A DNA stretch of 64,000 nucleotides from a virus. Lineage: Duplodnaviria; Caudoviricetes. Below the pieces are notes generated by a model. The model saw only the letters and a program-made list of their open reading frames with translations. It did no database searches and was not told the DNA's origin. Location: positions 32,001 to 96,000 of IMG/VR virus record IMGVR_UViG_3300028886_001681; one strand, given 5' to 3'. Of the stretch, positions 58,397-64,000 are shown piece after piece. Numbering within the stretch: position 1 is the first letter of the stretch; each line of letters starts with the position of its first letter. The position numbers were made by a program, and so were the translations under genes.

Positions 58397-58900
58397 TTAA
58401 TCGAAGAATCCGTTTTCCTTTAGCCAAAAGTGCCAATTCTTCCACAACCTTTCTATTCCGCCGTTCAAGCCTTCCCATGATTTGTCGTCTATGTACACAT
58501 CCGCGCTAACTTTTCGGCAATTCAATCCGAACTTTTTCAAGTTTCTTTCGCAGTTTTCGTTCACATAGTCAAACTTGACTCCGTAAGCGGAGCAGAAATT
58601 CAAGGCTTCCTCCAATTCCTTCCCTTCTCGGCAACTCCACAAAATCAATGTGCAGTTTGGGTCTTCCGACAAATTCCGCAAGACTTCCATAGCGTAAGGA
58701 ATCGGCTTTATTATGGTCGGCCATTTGGTGTAGGCTATCGTGTTGTCGAAGTCAATGGCGTAGACTCGTTCTTGGTGGACTTTTTTGGGAATGACGATTT
58801 CCCCTTCAATGAAAGCGGACAACATTTTACGCTCCTTGTTTTTCTCGTGGCACCACATCAAAAGAAAATAATAGGCCACTAGCAGAAACTTCAACATCAA
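58397..58900 (-). CDS. HAD-superfamily phosphatase
   Basis: YAIDFDNTI, LILWSCR, RK..ADVYIDDK; probable start at 58825. Confidence 0.8.
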   Translation of the reverse strand: MMLKFLLVAYYFLLMWCHEKNKERKMLSAFIEGEIVIPKKVHQERVYAIDFDNTIAYTKWPTIIKPIPYAMEVLRNLSEDPNCTLILWSCREGKELEEALNFCSAYGVKFDYVNENCERNLKKFGLNCRKVSADVYIDDKSWEGLNGGIERLWKNWHFWLKENGFFD

Positions 58901-58952
58901 TTTCCTCCGAATTCAATATATCTCAATTTTTATTTTCAATCAACAATTTTCA

Positions 58953-58988
58953 AAAAAAATCGGCCGAAATTCAATCCGACCGATTTTT
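58953..58988. terminator. bidirectional terminator
   Basis: AAAAATCGG/CCGATTTTT imperfect stem. Confidence 0.6.
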
Positions 58989-59007
58989 CGCTTGATTTTA
59001 CGAAAGC

Positions 59008-59289
59008 CTACTTCTTGTCTTCGTTCAGTTGAACCAAGAACACATGACCGTAACAACAACGATATGTGGCGTAGGCGTTTCCGTTCTTTAGTTTTACCGA
59101 AGTCTCGAAATCCCTATGGGCGATTCCAATCGAGACCATTCTGTCCTTTCTCTTGGTTCTGTCCTCCAAGCATTTGGGGCATTTCATGGCATAGGAATAT
59201 CCGAATCCCAAGGCACATAAAATCAAGGCGACAAATCCTATCAAAACAATCTTTCTCATTTCTTTAAAACCTCTAATTAAATAGTTCAA
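59008..59289 (-). CDS. small secreted/membrane protein with CxxC
   Basis: MRKIVLIG signal-like segment; GAACTATTT at 59279-59287 upstream of that start. Confidence 0.6.
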   Translation of the reverse strand: MNYLIRGFKEMRKIVLIGFVALILCALGFGYSYAMKCPKCLEDRTKRKDRMVSIGIAHRDFETSVKLKNGNAYATYRCCYGHVFLVQLNEDKK

Positions 59290-59487
59290 AAGAAAACGGA
59301 TTTTTTGCGGATTATTCTACTAACAACCTCAACCGCACACATTCCCAAAGCCACGATTCCCAAGACCGTGAACTCGACCCAACAATTCTCTCCGCTTTCC
59401 GATTGAAAGAACTCAACATATTTTTCAAACATATAATATCTCCTTGCTTTAATTCTCGGATTTTAAGGAAAAAACTTTAGGATTTTT

Positions 59488-61728
59488 TTAGAGCGTGATT
59501 ATATTACAATCCGTATCATTTGCTTGAATATACGCAACCATATCTTTTGAATGAGTTACAACAATCATCTGTTCAAACACATCTTTCATTTCTAACAAAG
59601 ATGAGTAGAACATTTCTTTTCTAGTCGCGCTTAACGGAGCGTCAGGTTCATCAAGCAAAATCATATTCAAATTCAAATTCTTATTGAAACTTTCACAGAA
59701 TCCGATATTTGTAATAGCCTTTTCCGCGCCACTCAATCGTTCAACTTTAATGTCATCTCCAAATCTCATTGAAATTCCACCACGAGTCATGTCGAATTTG
59801 ATGTTCAACGGTTTGTAATAAACTTGGTCAATAAACTCATTTATGTCATTTTCGATATTCTTCAAGTTTTGTAGTATTGCCCAAGACGGATAATCGGTTG
59901 TGAGAATCTTCTTACTGTTTTCCAAATCAAACTTTTCTTTCTCAAACTTTTGTTTTCTTTCCTTAAACTTTTCAAGTTCCTTCTTGTCCGCTTTCTTCGT
60001 TTCTTCAAGTCGCTCGTTGTATTCTTTCACGACTTTGTTTTCTACAACAACAGAATTATAAGATTTAAGTTCTTCTTCAAGTTCATTAATTTTATTTTCA
60101 TCAAAAGTTCCGATAGAGAATAATTCAATTTTCTTTGAAAGTTCTTCCATTTCTTTTAATTTAGAACTATGTTGATTTTCCAAATCATTTATCTCTTTTT
60201 TCAAACTTTCAATCTGTGAAGAATATAAATCTGCTTTTTCTTTAATGGAATTTAATTTAGATTCTTTTTCACTATCAACCGATTCGAGAATTCTTTTTTC
60301 ACTTTCAATCTGATTAATATAATTTTCTTTCTTCTGTGAAAGAGAATCATTTAACGATTTCTGTTCGGTTCGTTTGTTTTCAATTAAAGACTGTTTTTTC
60401 AAAAGTTCATTGGAAAGATTGTTTTTCTTTTCTTTCAATTCTTCATTCTTTTTTGATTTCTCTTCAATGTCTTTTTTCTTAGTAAGCAAATCGTCAATCA
60501 CACCTTCGCATTCTATAATTTGTTTATCATAAGAAATCGCTTCATCTACAAATTCTTGATATTTATGTTTACAACTATCACCGCTAGAACCACATGTAGG
60601 GCAAACTCCGCTTTCCAAAGTTTTTGAATTTTTCCATGCAATTGAAGACTTTGTTTTGAGTTCTGTCAAATTATTCCTTGCTTTTGTCAAAGAATCCTCA
60701 TCAAACTTAATCAACTTCATCAAACGAATGGAATCAATCTCTTTCACAAGTTCGTTTCCTTCATCTTCAATTTTTTTAATTTCACAATCGAGATTAAGGG
60801 ATTTCTCGCTTACGGTTTTATCAAGGCTTTCCTTCTGCTCTTCCAACAACTTGATTTTGTTTTCAGATTCAAGTTTCTTGTCTGCGAATTCTTTTTCAAT
60901 CTTTTCTTTTTCACTATCAAAATTAAACTGTTTGGCGTTTATAATTGAAACTTTTTTAGTTGAAATTTTAGAATCAATATTTATACATTCATTATTTAAT
61001 GAAGTTTTTCTTTCTTCCAAATCTTTCAACTGATTCTTCTTTTCTTCTACTAAAGATTTTTCCGCATTTAATTTATCTAACTGTGATTTTTTTAATTTAT
61101 ATTCATCTTCTGTAAACGGAAATTCACTGTATGATTTCATCTCATACTTTTTATTTTCGAGAGCAAAAATATTCTTATCTACTTCAATAATTTTTTCTTT
61201 AGTTTGCTCAATTTTTGGCTCAATAAGAGTCTTGATTTCTTTTGTATAATCGAGGTCTTGAATTTTTTTAAATAAATCTCGTCTTTCACTATCCGAACAA
61301 TGAATGATATCCATATCGGAATTCTGTCTTACAAAAAGAGCATACTTTGATGTTGCAACAGGAAGTCTTTCATTCAACCATTCTTTTACACCCTCACCAT
61401 TAGCAAGGTCTGTATCGATATCAACATCTTTAAGGTTTCGTGTGGTTATGTAAGTTTTTCCTTTTTTACAAGTTAATGTTTCAAGAAGATGTTTACCATC
61501 GAGCATGAATTCCAAAGAGATTGTAAACTCATTGCATTCTCTGTTCATATAATCGGCAAAACTACCCTCATATTCTGACAATAAAAGAATTGAAATTGCA
61601 TTTATTTGTGTAGTTTTTCCACTTCCATTTTCCGCACGGATTATATTGACACCGCTTTCGTACTCGAAAATCTTTTCATCTTTAAAACAACCGAATCCTT
61701 TTAACGAAAGTTTTATAAGTTTAAGCAT
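59488..61728 (-). CDS. SbcC/Rad50 (gp46-like) ATPase
   Basis: NGSGKT Walker A, long coiled coil with CPTC zinc hook, LSGAE signature, LLDE Walker B, VTH. Confidence 0.92.
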   Translation of the reverse strand: MLKLIKLSLKGFGCFKDEKIFEYESGVNIIRAENGSGKTTQINAISILLLSEYEGSFADYMNRECNEFTISLEFMLDGKHLLETLTCKKGKTYITTRNLKDVDIDTDLANGEGVKEWLNERLPVATSKYALFVRQNSDMDIIHCSDSERRDLFKKIQDLDYTKEIKTLIEPKIEQTKEKIIEVDKNIFALENKKYEMKSYSEFPFTEDEYKLKKSQLDKLNAEKSLVEEKKNQLKDLEERKTSLNNECINIDSKISTKKVSIINAKQFNFDSEKEKIEKEFADKKLESENKIKLLEEQKESLDKTVSEKSLNLDCEIKKIEDEGNELVKEIDSIRLMKLIKFDEDSLTKARNNLTELKTKSSIAWKNSKTLESGVCPTCGSSGDSCKHKYQEFVDEAISYDKQIIECEGVIDDLLTKKKDIEEKSKKNEELKEKKNNLSNELLKKQSLIENKRTEQKSLNDSLSQKKENYINQIESEKRILESVDSEKESKLNSIKEKADLYSSQIESLKKEINDLENQHSSKLKEMEELSKKIELFSIGTFDENKINELEEELKSYNSVVVENKVVKEYNERLEETKKADKKELEKFKERKQKFEKEKFDLENSKKILTTDYPSWAILQNLKNIENDINEFIDQVYYKPLNIKFDMTRGGISMRFGDDIKVERLSGAEKAITNIGFCESFNKNLNLNMILLDEPDAPLSATRKEMFYSSLLEMKDVFEQMIVVTHSKDMVAYIQANDTDCNIITL

Positions 61729-61756
61729 AGCATATTACTCCTTACATGTTACAATA

Positions 61757-61785
61757 AATATAAAATAAATCGAATGACTTGTCAA
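61757..61785 (-). promoter_or_regulatory. sigma70-type promoter
   Basis: TTGACA-N17-TATATT. Confidence 0.7.
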
Positions 61786-61802
61786 GTTTATTTATAATTT
61801 TT

Positions 61803-62114
61803 TTATTTTCTTCTTTTACCTAGCGTGAATTTTGCACCACAATTTATACAAACTCCAACAAAAGAACCTTTTCTTGATTGTTTTAATTCTCCGTTACATT
61901 TCGCACACTTTACTTGGATAATTCGCTTTTCCATAAATTCATCAATTTGTGAAGAATTATTTTTTCTAGGTTTGCGTTTTATTAATCCCAATTGTTTCGC
62001 TATTTGTTTGTATTCTTTTTCTACCCAAGCATCGTAATCTCCATCCCCTAGCATTTCTCCAAGACGAATGAATTGCGACCATAAGAATTCGTTATCATCA
62101 AATGTTTTATCCAT
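61803..62114 (-). CDS. Zn-ribbon hypothetical protein
   Basis: QFIRLGEM.GDG...CAKC...CINC. Confidence 0.65.
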   Translation of the reverse strand: MDKTFDDNEFLWSQFIRLGEMLGDGDYDAWVEKEYKQIAKQLGLIKRKPRKNNSSQIDEFMEKRIIQVKCAKCNGELKQSRKGSFVGVCINCGAKFTLGKRRK

Positions 62115-62140
62115 AATCTATTCTACCTTTTCAAACTATT

Positions 62141-62500
62141 TTATGGTACTATTTTTACAAAAGATTTAATTTTTGTGAAATCATAATCACCATAAATACT
62201 AGCAATTATAAATCTTGCGTTCTTTTTATCCCATTCTAAAATACCTTCATAAACTTCATCATAAATAACTTTATCGCCATGACAACAAGGTGTTCCGTTT
62301 TTATCTTGAATGTATCCGCCCAAACGTAAATGAGATTCTATTTGTGGAATTGATTTCAAGAACTTACAAATTTTATCTTGATGATAATTATATTTATCAA
62401 TCGATTCATATTCTTCATCACTCAAACCGCTAGGCCTCGCATATCTATTAGAATGCTCCATTATCAATCCATCGAGTATTTTTTTACTTTCTTCTTTCAT
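62141..62500 (-). CDS. YopX-like hypothetical protein, paralogue of 51800-52240
   Basis: Shared motif GGYIQDKNGTPCCHGDKV. Confidence 0.65.
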   Translation of the reverse strand: MKEESKKILDGLIMEHSNRYARPSGLSDEEYESIDKYNYHQDKICKFLKSIPQIESHLRLGGYIQDKNGTPCCHGDKVIYDEVYEGILEWDKKNARFIIASIYGDYDFTKIKSFVKIVP

Positions 62501-62892
62501 ACAAACTCCTTTTGTTTCTTTATTTGTTTCATCATTTGAGTTTCTACATCTTTATTCAAGCAAATGCCAATCAAATGTGAATTAAAAGTTTCCATTACAA
62601 TCTTCATTACAATTAAATAAACAGTTATGTAATTTGAAAATTGTCCCAACATCGCTTTGTCAAATTCTTCATTGAAACTATTCAAATCAAAATCCATAAT
62701 CAACGCAACATCGGACGGAATGAAATAATTAACTTTAATGTTAAAAGTATCAATCGATTCAACCTTGAATGTGACGCAAGAATGAAAAGATTTTTGATAT
62801 TCGTTTAAGGAATATAATTCTGCTATTTCGGTTTGATTTTTAATTTTTGTTTCAACCGTCGGATAACTGCAAGAACAATCATCGTATTCCAT
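62497..62892 (-). CDS. hypothetical protein
   Basis: ORF in array. Confidence 0.6.
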   Translation of the reverse strand: MEYDDCSCSYPTVETKIKNQTEIAELYSLNEYQKSFHSCVTFKVESIDTFNIKVNYFIPSDVALIMDFDLNSFNEEFDKAMLGQFSNYITVYLIVMKIVMETFNSHLIGICLNKDVETQMMKQIKKQKEFV

Positions 62893-63223
62893 AAAAATTC
62901 CTTCTTAAATCTTATTTATTAAGTTTGTTATAATTTCTTCAAGTTCGTCTTTACTTACTTCATAATTTTTAGATTTTAGATATGCGATAAGAGTCATTAA
63001 AACACTTTTACATTTTGCATATTCTATAAAAGTATCCAATGTTCTTTCAAAAGCACTGTCGTTGTCAAACAAATATTCAATCGATTTAATTCTATCCGCT
63101 GTCATATTATTCTCCTCCTTTTGCCAAATCATGATAATAATCTGCTAATCCACTCTGTTTAAGAATGAATCCTAACACCCAAAAAATTCCTAAAATTATA
63201 AGAAAACTTTTCATATTTATCCC

Positions 63224-63799
63224 TTAAACTAATTTTCTGCCAAAATTACATTTAATATCAGTTCGTCCTTTCATAAGTTCATTGGCAGTAATACCACGAT
63301 TGTCAATGGCATATGGGTTAATATCTGCATAACCACAAAACTCATCCCAATCGTCAAGGTTTCTAACGCTCTTATTCCATTTTACAAGCACCAAATCAAA
63401 TCTTGTGCTTGTTTCATATTCGGTCTTTCTTAACGCATCAAAATTGTCATAAAGGCTTTTGGCAATTTCGTAACATAAAATTTTCTTCTGCTCTTCTTCC
63501 CATATTTCAGTAGGAACCCTACTATAAGATTCGAGGTTTTTCGGAACCGCCAAAGATAAAGTAATCAGTTCTTTATTACCGTCAAGAAATTCCTTTTTAA
63601 GTTGGTCAAAATACTTCTTTTTATATTCTTCTGTCTTTTCTTCTTGTTCTTCTAGTTTCCTAGAACATTTTCGAAAATCAGATAATGCACTATAATACGC
63701 ATTTGTACAACCACGAACTTCATTTTTAAGAGTGTTGATTTCTACATTTTTAGAAACGATTTCATTTCGATATTTATTTCGTTTTGCTTTTCTGTTCAT
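63224..63799 (-). CDS. coiled-coil hypothetical protein
   Basis: GGAG RBS. Confidence 0.6.
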   Translation of the reverse strand: MNRKAKRNKYRNEIVSKNVEINTLKNEVRGCTNAYYSALSDFRKCSRKLEEQEEKTEEYKKKYFDQLKKEFLDGNKELITLSLAVPKNLESYSRVPTEIWEEEQKKILCYEIAKSLYDNFDALRKTEYETSTRFDLVLVKWNKSVRNLDDWDEFCGYADINPYAIDNRGITANELMKGRTDIKCNFGRKLV

Positions 63800-63802
63800 A
63801 TA

Positions 63803-64000
63803 TTATTCTCCATCATTAGCCTTTACATTCCAAATAGGTTTTATGATTTTCAAAACTTCACAAGTATCATCTATAGTTTCAAGAATTTGTTGCATAGGTT
63901 TATAAGCCATTGGAGATTCGTCAATAGTTCCGACACAAACCGAAGTGGTGTAAACTTCCTTCATAGATTTTTTAAAATCTTCCATTTTCAAAGATTCTTT
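63803..64000 (-). CDS. rtcB: RtcB RNA ligase, C-terminal end (continues past window edge)
   Basis: VYTTSV...TIDESPMAYK...I...I.P..N.KA is the RtcB C-terminal signature. Confidence 0.8.
   Translation of the reverse strand, partial: KESLKMEDFKKSMKEVYTTSVCVGTIDESPMAYKPMQQILETIDDTCEVLKIIKPIWNVKANDGE

Noticed and set aside
1-64000. CRISPR array or stop-codon reassignment
   Set aside because: No regularly spaced repeats seen; conserved genes are full length in the standard code and end at TAA, TAG and TGA.

Overview
A 64-kb segment of a large, AT-rich, probably lytic dsDNA phage genome (jumbo-phage-like, standard genetic code). Most genes are short hypothetical ORFs on the minus strand. Recognisable genes: RecA/UvsX, ATP-dependent DNA ligase, ClpP, ThyX, a eukaryote-type topoisomerase IB, NrdD/NrdG, a C5 DNA methyltransferase, SbcC/Rad50, the RtcB C-terminus, two HAD phosphatases, a class-3 lipase plus a truncated paralogue, a SprT protease and a tail/structural cassette. 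Main points: (1) The TopIB gene is cut in two by a GIY-YIG endonuclease gene with no intron. The insert supplies a promoter motif, a new RBS and short terminal tags. (2) nrdD is split the same way and also carries a 261-nt group I intron and an Ala1 mini-intein at the catalytic Cys. (3) There are two promoter classes: sigma70-type TTGACA-N17-TATAAT and a recurrent (T/C)AACTATTT motif, which also precedes apparently leaderless genes. (4) Two structured ncRNA candidates (about 70 and 290 nt) lie behind that motif. (5) GATC appears to be strongly avoided. All calls come from reading motifs by eye; no searches or folding were run.
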